This document shows, in pieces, positions 25,001 to 37,000 of a stretch of 64,000 bases of DNA. The stretch is from Vicugna vicugna (taxonomy: Eukaryota): contig PNXW01004639.1 of assembly GCA_013265495.1 (NCBI GenBank), positions 186,001 to 250,000 of the forward strand, in the 5' to 3' direction. Positions within the stretch are counted from its first letter, which is position 1; each line of letters starts with the position of its first letter. The notes beneath the pieces were generated by a model. The model saw only the letters and a list, made by a program, of their open reading frames with translations, did no database searches and was not told the origin of the DNA. The position numbers and the translations under genes were made by a program.

Positions 25001-28000
25001 ACTGGAAAAACGTGAAGAAATAGATGACGATTTTGTTTCAAGTGTGTGTGTGTTTATGTATTTTCTACTAGGCTGCTGCACTGAATAGTAATAGAGATTC
25101 CAGCCGGAGTTTCTTGAGACTGTTTGACGGACTCGTTTACAGTGGCGTGGAAACTCTGGGGAAGGAGCTGTTTATGTACTTTGGGCCAAAAGCTTTTCGG
25201 TAAGATAAACCTGTTCAATACATCCCCTCTCTCTGCGTTTAAAGGTGTGTAGAAGGCTTTTCCTGCAGTTTGTTGCACGGCTCGTGTAACCAGGTAGAAA
25301 GCACTCCAGTTTTAAGAGAGCTCTAATGAAGGAGGGTGAGAGTCTATCACGGAAGGCAGTGAGTGGAAGGAGAATCAATTGTGATGTCATCGTTCCTTGG
25401 AGGGCAGGTCAATTTATTTCTTAAAAAAACAAATGACAGGCCGGCAGGGCCTCCCCAGGGATCGTAGGGCAACACAGCTCTGCTTTCTCTTCCCCAAACT
25501 CCCTACGCTGCTCTTTCCGCCAAATGTTTACTGCGTTTAGTGACGTCAGTTTCTTTATGACAACCTCTAGTTTGGTTTAAATGTCTCTCTAGATTTTTAT
25601 GTTTTTCTGTCTTCTTTCTCTGAAGCCTTGTATGGACATGGAAACTTATTTCTAGAACTCAAAAACTTTCCGCAGAAGTAAGCGGTTCTCTGTTGTTTGA
25701 CGGAGCTTATGAAAAATTCATTGCTAACGCGTTGGTTGACTTAAGGGTAAAAATGTCACAGTGTATGTAACCACCTTTCTAATTTTTGCAAAAAACACAA
25801 AGATGGCCCATAGATGACTTTGTCAGATCTCTGTCTTCTCGGAATGTAGCCTAAGATGTGGCAAACTGTAAGGTTTGCATTTTTTTTTTTAAATAAGATG
25901 CTGAACAGTTTTCACCTTCTTAAAAGACAAGTCCTGTTACTGGACCCCGTGCTTCTAACTGAAGGTGAATAATGGTCACGAAGAGATAATCTGACCATAG
26001 GATTATTATTTATCGCATCTCATCTATTGCATGTTCACAGTACTTCAGAGGTGATGTTACTGCTTTTCCTTTGAAGCCTTCTCTCTTCATTGTCAGCAGC
26101 TGCCGTCCTTGGGCGACATTGGCCCTTCGTGGTTTTTCTTAGTATGGGATTGATGACATCAGCATGTGTTCACTGGTTCGCGCTGCGGCAATCTACCGCA
26201 GGGTGCGTTATTGTTGAGGTAGATTGATGTGATTGAAAATTCTTTGCTCTGAACGGAGTGGGATGCAGTGGGATCCATGTCAGATAGTGGAAAACATTGA
26301 TATGTTATTGATGCTCTTGTGTGAGGTGCAGATTTATTTCTGTAGGATGGAAGGGAGGTTTTTATCAAGTGTTCTCCACCAGACTGATAAGCGGGGATCA
26401 TTTCTCAGCACAGGGCTGTCAGTGAGTGTTGCATGAAGTTCTAACCAAGAAACAATTGTTTCTTCTTCGAACTAAGTGCATGAGTGCCATCCCTGGCAGG
26501 TTCCGGTCTCGGTATATGGATGGGTAGCGGGGCAGTGCTTCCTTCCTTCCAATTTCCCGCAGCCTTGACTACGATTTGAGATTCAAGGTCACTGGCAGAT
26601 CAGCTGTTTGAATATGAACCGAGCAACTTAGGAGGATGGATGACTCTGTCAGAAAAATGGGGTCCCTGTGTGAGGCTACGAGTCTGTGAGCATGAGACAG
26701 AAGTGTGGTCTTCATTTTTGACGTCTGTTTTCTACCCACCAGGCTGACCTGCACTTTAGAGAACCGATACCGGGAAACGTGGTTACTGATTGCTTATGGT
26801 TTTCCCTTAGTAGGCAGCTTTCCACAATTAAAATTGCCTGTGGATTTTAGCGCATCTTTTAGGCCAGGCCATGCATCTTCCTGGGATTCATTTGTCATGA
26901 AAGTGAGATACAGGCCTAGACCTTGGGAAGAGAATCTGCCATGGAAAATCCACACTTCGGAAAGATACAAATTAGAACATGACAAATTCTTTTGCTAAAA
27001 GATGTATCAGAGTGTTCAAGCGCTCAGAATAGTGCCAGAAAATAATAAAATGATCTGATGCACATTTATTTTAGGAGTGCAGTTGTGATATTATATGCGG
27101 TTAATACCTGTGCTCTTTCTGAACACTTTACAGAAGCTCTTCATCTGCAACAAAAGAAAAAAGTCATTTCTAATTCTTGTTAAATATGTATCAAATACTC
27201 ATTAGAGCAAACCAAGAAATAATTAACAAACAAGAATAAATTTATACATTCACAATCCCACTGCTGAATATCATCTCTCTTAACTGTGGATGCATGGCTT
27301 GCCAGTACTATGTGTGCGTACATCTGTACATCTGGTCACCCAGACACACCCACCGTGCAAGCTGCTGTTTTCAATGGAAATCGACACGGCTTATATCTTG
27401 ACTAATGTTTAAAAGATAAATATTTTTCAAAATGAATATCTCTTTCCAAAACACTTTGCTCTTTCCGATTTGTGATTTATATGACTCTGATTGTTTGCAA
27501 TTGTCATACGTACTTGGAGACCAGAAACCGTTTCTGAAATATTTTGGAGGCTTTGTCATTTTAAAGAAGCATTATATACTATAAGTTTCATAATTTGTAA
27601 TTTATTAGGGTTTGAGTAATATGATCCCCTAAACAGAAATGCAAGAGATGTTACAATTCTTCTTAGTTTGCTAAAAAGTCTTTGAGGAATCCATCATATG
27701 CTACTTACAACTGGGTTTTACAGCTTAAAAATATTTTTTATAATCTGTCACATGACATATTAGAAAAATTTGGAGTGTGATAAGGATTCTGAACTAAATT
27801 ACATTCTTTAGAGTAGTGAATACCTACCGTTTGTCTTTCCAAAATGCTCACTTTATCTTTTGGGGACAGCATTTCATCTGGAAACTGGTCATCTGGCCAC
27901 AATAACCACAACGTTCAAGTTGAATTTAACGTAATCTTACTTAAATTTCCCTCAAACACAGTCAATCAGGAGAATCTGAGTTCTTTTGTGAACTTTCTCA

Positions 28001-31000
28001 TCTGGAGCTGAGGAGGGTTAAGCTCTCTGTGATGGATGGAAGCTGGGGATGTGAGGCCTTAGAACTTGAGGTGACCACTGGCTGGTCAGGAAAGATGGTG
28101 CAAGGCCATGGAAAATACAGCCAGCCTCCAAAAGCAGAGCGAGCATCCCAGAGACATTCCAGTCCCTATTTCCTCTGTTCCTAAGATTCAGCTGCCTTTC
28201 TGCCTAAGATCCTGCTGGTCGATTTGTCAGCCCTTCCTAAGAGTCCATGAGCTACCAAATATCTCTTAATGCCTAAACCTTTTTGAGTCGGATTTTTGTC
28301 ACTTGCAATTTAAGCAAACTGACCATTAGAGTCATCTACAGGTGGGGGCGAGGGTGGGGGTATAGCTCAGTGGTGGGGGTATAGCATGCACGAGGTCCTG
28401 AGCTCAATCCCCAGAACCTCTATAAAAATTAATTACATAAAATTTTTTAAATTGAAATAAAATTTAAATGGCTAAGTCTGTTAGCCTTTAAAAAAAATAA
28501 TCTACAGGTAGAAAATACATAGTTTGAATTTTTGAAAGGGTAACTTTTTTTCTGTTTCAATTACATGTTTTCATGCATAACTGGAGAAAATATGGGAGTC
28601 TTTACCTCAATTTTCCCTTCTTTGCTTCTTTTCCTCTCTTTCCCTTCCTTCCCTTCTGCACCCGACAGCCTATAAGGTCACTAGTTCTGCCACTTTTTTT
28701 TCTTGTGTCTTTTCACAATACACATCATTTTATTACAGTTTTCCCAATATTTTAAAGTACTATATAAGCCAGTTGTGAAACATTAAGATAGTGCCAAACA
28801 GTCTAAAGGAAAAAGTAACCGCCACCCATAATTACTACCATTGGAGAAAAACACTCAACAGGTTTTGTAAATCATAGACTGTAAATTGTACATATATCAT
28901 ATATTCATATATAGTTTATAATACATATGCATGAATTATGGTATTACATGTAATAATTTTTAACATAAATAGGAGTTTTTGTCTATAGTTGTCTTCTTTA
29001 TATAATATGCATGTTGCATTGGTCAATGTCAAAATATACGTGTACATTTATTTTAATGTATGCAGAGTGTTCTGCTATATGGAGGTATCATTTTTCAGTC
29101 AGCTATCTACTGATTAGCATTCCCCCTCATTTCTCACACTAATAAATAACTTGCAGTTAACATCCTTGAGCATAGTCTTTTACCATTTTGATGTTGTCTT
29201 AGGATAAATTCCTAGATGAGGATTTGCTGAAACTTGGTTGCTGGTGCTTTTTTTTTACATCTGCTTTGAAGGCATAGGGAAATCTACCATGAACAGAAAG
29301 CAGAGGCATCTGCAACTGCTTGCACAATGGGGAATGACCCGTGCGTGGCCTGCCTTGGCTCTGGTTATGGGGTGTTTGTGCACACATCTGCAAGGTTATA
29401 AAACCCCAGACACACATTAACTTAAAATCCAAGCGCTGCACTGTAATGCTTGTGGGAGGTTGGGGGACTCATTGCAGCAGACTCACCTGGCATGGTTTTC
29501 TCAATTAATGATTTAATTTTTAAATTGATTTTAAATTACTTGCCTCACAGTTTTAGCATCTGGGACATCTTCAGGTCTGATTCTGATGAGGGCTTTTGCT
29601 CTTGACATGGGTTTGTTTTTTTTTATCTGATTTTTTTTAATTGTCATAATATTGTTTTGAATCCCAGATATCACATTTCAAAGAACGATAGAGACTAAGC
29701 TAAATGTCTAAGCCTGGAAATAGTGATGCCTCTACTGCCAGGTCATTCGTGTGGGGGATTGAGTGAGCCTAGTGGGTAGTTGAGCTTGGTTAGGTTTTGC
29801 TGTGTCTTCACACCTTTGATGCACCAGCAGCTTCAAAAACGTCAGCTGCTGTTGCTCCTACGTGCCTCACACGTGACGTGGTGTGGCTGGGGCTGGCTTC
29901 TCTGTGTTTCTACTTCACTCTCAGCTTTTAGCAGACCCTGCACGTTCCTGACACAAGGGAATCTCTCTACACTCTTGTCCCCCACCCCCCCCAGTGGTAG
30001 ACCGCTGCTTATAACTCACATTCAGCCCGTACATATATACTGCATAAGCCAAGCATCTGCATAGAGCAATTCCTTATCCTCGGTCCTCTGTTTTATTTAT
30101 TTATTTTAACATTTTCTTTTTTTTTTTTTTATTTTAAGCTCTTTTTTTTTTCTGGTGGGAGGAGGTAACAGGCTTATTTATTTATTTGTTTGTTTATTTT
30201 TAATGGAAGTACTGGGGATTTAACCTGGGACCCCCTTGTATGCTAAGCACGCACTCTACCACTGAGCTATACCCTCCCCCTGGTCTTTTGTTTTATTGTT
30301 TTCTTTGCTTTTAAGATTAAAGGTTTATATTTTTGGAAGAAAAATGATGTAGATCAGAAGTCTTTATATGGAAAAATTTCTTTATCGCCTTTCCTTTGTT
30401 TCCTGTATGGGCACCACCGTAACGGCCTGTTACTCAGTGAGAGATTCATGACGGGGAAGATGGAGCTTCTGGTTTCTTCTGGGCCAGCCTTCATCTTGGG
30501 CAGGCCCTGAGCACGTGGACCCAGGGCTGCAGTTTTCCCAGGGCTCCTGCCCCTCCTCCCTGAGGCAGCCAAGCTCCTCTGTGTGTGGGTGGTCTCAGGT
30601 CGCAGTGAGTTTCCTTCTTCTCTGCTGGTGGGAGCTGATGTCACTTCCCGTCACTGCAGGATTCTGTGCCAAAGCTGACTCCCCGCCTCGCCCCTGGAGA
30701 CAGGTGGCTTTGGCTTCTGCTCGTCTTTAACAGCAGTGCACTTGGCCTGGGCCTGAGAGCAGAAGGGTTTCCTGCCCTCCCCAGTGGCAGGCTGCTTATG
30801 CTCGTGACTCAGGGCAGGACCTCCTTTGCAGAAGGAAGTTTCCTGTGACTCCTTCAAGCTTTTTGTTTGTACCTCTCCCTCAGCTATAGGGGCTTAAGAC
30901 TTTCTAAGACTTTTGCTTCATTTAAGAGACACATTCAAGAAACAAAGAGACAGGGTTTCATGCATACAGGTGCCAAGCCACCAAAGGTGGCTCGTTCAGG

Positions 31001-34000
31001 TCCCCTGCCATGACTTGCATCTTTCTTGAGTGCAGCTAACTTGTGGATGCCTGTGGAAAGGAGCTTACCAAGGAGGGCGTACTTTCATGTCTGGAGCTCC
31101 AGGGATTCTCAGCTGTCAACCAAGCCGCAATCAGTATTTAAAAGTTTGTTGAAAATATTAACTGTTTTCTTCTTATCCATATTTACGGTAGCTGTCTCTT
31201 TCGCCTGTACTCTGCCCCCGACGGAACAACTTGTCTGTCTTTCCGCGGAGGGACAGGGGCTTGCCACTCTGCAATGTACTTCACCTGGCTGCCCGCAACC
31301 TCATGTCTCTCGTGGGCTCAAGGAAATGTATTATTTTGTAAATATTGTGATTTTTCTCTCCTTGTTAGGGCAGGATCCATATTTACTTTCAGCATCTACA
31401 TCCTAAGCAGAAGCAGAACTCCTTTTTCCTTTTTCAACACGGTTGAGTCCCTGTCTGTTTTTCTAACCTCTTTCTTTGAATTCCCCATGTCCATTTTACA
31501 ATGTTTACGTTAAACTGTTTTACAGTCTGCTGCTCATGTGGCACTTCTGGGAGGGCATTTGACAATTTTCATAAGCCACTGCCCTATTTGCAATGTGCCA
31601 TTGTCGTTAATCTGAACCTGTGACAGCACCATTGTTGGTGCTGTTCATTTTGCTCAAGGATGTTCAGATTATTCTGATAGTGGAAGCTGGGAAGAGTGTG
31701 GCGGATGTTCCAAACAGTATCAGGTCTTATTTATTGATCTGTTATAGGCAGTTATTTCTACGTGAAGGAATTTTCTTACTGTCACTTCACTTTTTAGTTT
31801 GGACATAACTTTCAGATGAGAACTTTGGTTGCGAGTGGCAGAGGCCCAACTCAAACAAGTTCAGTGATTATTTCTTGTAAGAATATGGGTGTCTTATGAC
31901 CTAAAGATAGTGCAGTCAGGCTTCAGGTAGAACTGGAAGCAAAGACTAAACACTATGAGGACGCTCTGTATTTCTTAATTCTGTTCCTCACTGGAGTCTG
32001 CGTGGTCTGCCTCTGCAGACGGGCCTCTCTTGGCTTTCCTGGTGCCCATGTCGGGAAGTGTTACCATGGAGAGCGCCCATAATAGACCTCCCAGTCCTGA
32101 CGAGAAGCTGATCTCTCTGTGTCCCAAATAAATTTGTCAGGAGAACTCTGATGACTCCAGCTTGACTCGGTGTCCATTCCTGAATGAACTGTGTGAAAAG
32201 CATGGGGCTGAGGAGGGGACAGTGACCACCCAAGGGTGGGCCTGATGCGCCACAGCTGGCAGGCAGAGTCAAATGCAGAATGAGTGAGCTCAGGTAGCCA
32301 GTGGGATTGGGGCGGAGGGAGCTTGAGTGATCAAGAGATAGAAATAAGGACCTAAGAAAATTTTCCGAAACTAGATTGATTATAATGAGGAATCTTGAAA
32401 AGCAAATTGAACTCTTGAATGCAAGTGTAATATGGACGTATGTCCTGGTTTATAAAAGACCAGTATGCCAATTATTGTAACAATACAGGAATTTACTGTG
32501 CCTCAAAATTTTTTATGATACTGATACGTTCTTCTTAATTTAAGATAAAGGGTACTTAACAAAAAATAAACACAAAACTTACTGGTTTATTGGGGCTTGA
32601 TTATCATAATATTTTGCTATTTCATAAAAATAAAATAAGTAAAAAGAATATTTGCTATAAAATAATTATTTGTATACATATTTCCCCCTAGAAAGATTTT
32701 TAAGACTGAAAAAGGCATACCTATTTGGTTCAGGGTTCTTACTGGGGCTAGTCCTGAATTTGAATTGGGTCTTAACCTTTGAGTTTTTTTATGTGGATGC
32801 ACTTTCATTATAGAAGGTGATTTAGAATCTGCTTTATGGGCCATGCAGCTGAAAAGATTTCAGGTGTGATGGCTTCTGGGCATGACAGTTGTACACCTTT
32901 CACTAGGGCTGAGGTTCCATGAACTAAATTATGGAGTACTTACAGGCACACATTTTTCCTGTCAAGAACGATGGGGCATGTTAAATGCATTCGTGATTGA
33001 TAATAGGGCACACAGAGTTTAAAACGCACATTTTTAAAGTTAGACTGGTTAACCTTGTACAATACTATAACACGGTGCTTCAGAATTAGAAGCACAGAGC
33101 AGTAACATTTGCTGCCAAAAGAGCCATATTTATTAACTCAACAAAGCTATAAGGAGAAGGATTTGAAAGGGAGAATGCGGTATTTCATCCTGAGAATCGT
33201 TTCTGATCTTCATCATCAGCGGTCTCACAAAACCACTTTTTTTTTTTTAAACTGGACATGCTAATCAACCCTATAAAAACTGAAAGGCTATGAATTTTTC
33301 ATCACTGCATCGTGGCTTTCAAGTTAACTGTAAATATTTATAAATCCCCACTTCCTAATACATATAAAGGTAGCAAGAAACTAAGAAAATTGAAGACAAT
33401 CGCGTTTTGACTTAAAAGTTGTCTTTTGATACAAAAACTTTTGCAAAAAAAAAAAATTATTTCATCTTGTTACCCCAAAGCAGGGGGGTGGAAAAGAGTA
33501 AGTATCTTACCCTGTGGATCTCATTTTGGAAGAGGTAAACATTTCCAGTCCACTGTGGCTAGAAAAAAGGATGTGAATGTTGGTGGCTTTGTGGATTTCA
33601 TCAAAACACCAACTATAGGCAATTTACATTTAGCCTTATCTGACCCCAAGCCTTTGAGTCTGAGAAAAAGCTGAGAGACAGTAGGCTGTTCCCTGAATAA
33701 AAGACACTTCATCTGACAAGAAAAGGGAACACGGGTGTGTTTTCTTGGGCTTGTTGGCAGGACTTTATTATTTCCTTAGGAATTTTATTTGTGGGTTGAA
33801 AATTGATTACCACATCTAGTTTTATAAGACTACAAAGCCATATATATTATATATATATATATATATATAATATATATGTATAAAATATGAAAAAATATAG
33901 AACATTAGCTACCATTCTGTGCCCTTGACGTGTCTGTTGTGACTAACATTTCTTTGCTTCTAATCCAAAAAGTGTGGTGAAGGAACAGAAATTTGATGTG

Positions 34001-37000
34001 TGATATACTTTCTGCCACTCAAAAATGGGCTTGCTTTTGTTCCAGGATTCATTTTGGAATGAAAGGCTTCCTCGTGATTAACCCACCTGAATCTAAAAGT
34101 AAAAATGGAGTTTCTCCTGTTTTCGAAGTGCAGCTCACCACAGATCTGATTTGTTTCTTTGACTCATCTTTAGAAATCAGGTAAAAAATTAAAGGAAAAA
34201 GTACTTCAGCTGGAAAACTGCGAAGTTGTTGGTTCTGCAGTTAAGTTTGGGATGTCCCATGTGGAAATCCATAACATTTTCAAAACTGGTTTAAAATTGC
34301 TAAAACCTCATTTTAAGAGACTTCGAATAACGTAGTTTGTTAGGGTGTTTGTTGTTTGGCTGTATAACTCATCTGCTGATTAACATAAAGTGTTTATATT
34401 TGTATCAAAGCTCATTTTCACTGACACTTTTTGGACTGTAACCAGGCACATGATTAATGTGTTCTGTATTCCTTTCTATAGAAGCTCAACAGAAAGCCAA
34501 CAGAGGATAAGAATGATGGAAGAATTAGATGTATGCTCACCTAAATTTAGTTTCTCAAGAGCAGAAAGTGAAGTTAAAAAGCAGAAAGGACGGATGCTCT
34601 GTGATGTGTTAATGGATCAGAAAGTGTTGCCCGGGGTAGGAAACATCATCAAAAATGAAGCTCTCTTTGACAGTGGTCTCCACCCAGCTGTTAAGGTAAG
34701 TTTTAAGTAATTTTTTAAATGATTTCTGTATTTTTAAACAGTGTGAAGGGACCAACATGGAACACTGAAATCAGAGTTGCAGTAACACATTCTCCCCAAA
34801 CAGACTTCGGGTGTCTTGGCTCACGTCAACTCAGTGAGGCCAACCCTGACCACTCCATTTAAAATTGCTGTGGGCAGCCCCGCTGCCCACGTCATCCTCC
34901 CAGTCTTCCATAACTTGCTTTGCTTTTTATTTTCTCCATACCATTGATCATTTTCAAATATAACCTAACATTTACTTGTGATGTATGTTGTTGAAATATG
35001 TCTTCCCCTGCTAGAATGCAGTCTTTTATGAGGGAGGTGTCTGGTTCACTGATGTATCCAGGCATCTAGAATACAGTGTCTGGCACATGGAAGGCATTAA
35101 AGAAATACTTGTTCAACGTATGAACTAAGCTCGAAGCTTTCTTTCTGTATCCAGCATGTTAAATTCACACTCTATACACACTCTTGTATTCCTGTTTATA
35201 GCTGTTCGTGACACGGGAAAATGCTGTTTTGGTGGAACAGTAACAGTGGAAGTCAGGTAGCAGGGACTAAGGAGTAAGTGATCCAGTGAGGAAATGGAAA
35301 CACAATGTAGAGTAATTGTTAAAATAGCTTTGATTGGAGCAAAGGGAAAATGTTAGACTGCTGGAGAGAGCAGTCAGGACAAGAGCTGGATTTTTGGTGT
35401 TTTTCCCCTTGTTCTTCAACTGGAGAAGCATTACCTTCTTTATATGCTGACGAAGGAAAAACTGACAGAGATGGAGAGGTTAAAATTGTTAAAAAAAAAA
35501 AAAAGAATGGTAATTAATAGGAGCAAATTGTAAGAAGGTCAGAGCGGTTAGAACCCAAACCCAGGTAGAAGGATTTTTTAGTTTCCAGGGAAGAAAGCTT
35601 ACCTTATAGACCCAACTAGTCTCTACTAACAGCATCATTTCTTGCATGACTCCAAAGGTACCTATTTATTTTGTGGAATTACTTCCGAGATAGTTTTTGC
35701 AAAATCCAAATCAGTAGGAAATAAGTTTTAAAAGAAACCAGTTAATAATTGCTCTAGATCAGGTTCTGTTTTTTCATGCTTGGAACAAGCTAGTCAGATT
35801 TCTGTAATATGGGGGAAATGAAACAGAATTTTAAGAAGGATGAGCTTATGAGCTTTTTAAAATCACCTGGACTTCTGTGGAGAGTATTTTTGAAAAAACA
35901 AACCCAGAGTACTGTCACCCAGAGCATTGTTAATATCTTTGATAAACTGACAACTTACTTTTTAACATCCATCCAGCTGTTCATCTAGTAAAAGATCATT
36001 TGTCCATGATGCTTGGCAGTTTAAAAATTAATGACATTTTTGAAGTTTAGCTATTAGCCCCCTAAAAGCACGTGCACAATTATTGAAAAAGTACAGTTTA
36101 GTATGTCAAGGTGTGATTGAATATAGTATATAAAAAGTGGTAAGAAATAAATGAGTTTAAGAAGTATATATGTTCTAAGCTTTAAATAAATCAAAAAATA
36201 TGTAATACTTTTAGAAAGATTTTGTCGACTGGACAGTTTTAGATTTTATAGTCCCTGATAAACTTGTTTTATTGTAATATAGATATACATACGTGCTCAT
36301 ATGCACACAACAAAGGTATGTCATCAGGTAGAATTTCTTCTGGAATTACCATTGCTCCATGTGCCAAATGATAATTGATTCTGCAAGGGTAACCCTGGGA
36401 CTTGTGTTAGGTTGTGTCACAAAATTCTTCAGTAAGGTCTGTTTCTGAATTCTCCCATGTGTTCACAAGTACTTTAGCATTAATGCATGTATATAAATTC
36501 ATGTCTTTTTAAAGCTTGAGAGTGACCTTGCTGGCCATCTACTCTTGTGCCTATTTCCCTCCCTTCCTGCTGTTTTTTTTCCTTCTTTTTCCTTTCCTTT
36601 TTTTTTTTTTTCTTTTTCTGAAAATCCAGCAAGACTTTTCAGGGTCAATGATGGGCAATGCTGGGACTCTGAAGATGTCTGGTACAGAATAGATATCCAA
36701 TAAATACTTGAATTTAGAATTTAAATTTATAAATAAGAATGGTATTTTTTGTCTGTAGTACAATCACTTAAAAATGAAAACACTATTAATGACACTAAAT
36801 AGATTATACAAGTTCTAAAAGAGATGCGTCTATTTCAAATCTGGTTCCAGTTCTCTTGATAGAACTGGCCTGTGGTATTATGTTCTACAGTAATGAGCAA
36901 ATTTTGAAACTATCCTGAGTCATTTTTCTATTTTAAGGTTTGTCAGTTAACAGATGAACAGACCCATCACCTTGTGAGAATGATACGTGATTTCAGCATT

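Noticed and set aside
30200..30281. tRNA-Ala-like sequences here and at 28344 and 57700 as tRNA genes
   Set aside because: They have SINE tails, TSDs and broken stems, so they are retroposons rather than functional tRNAs.
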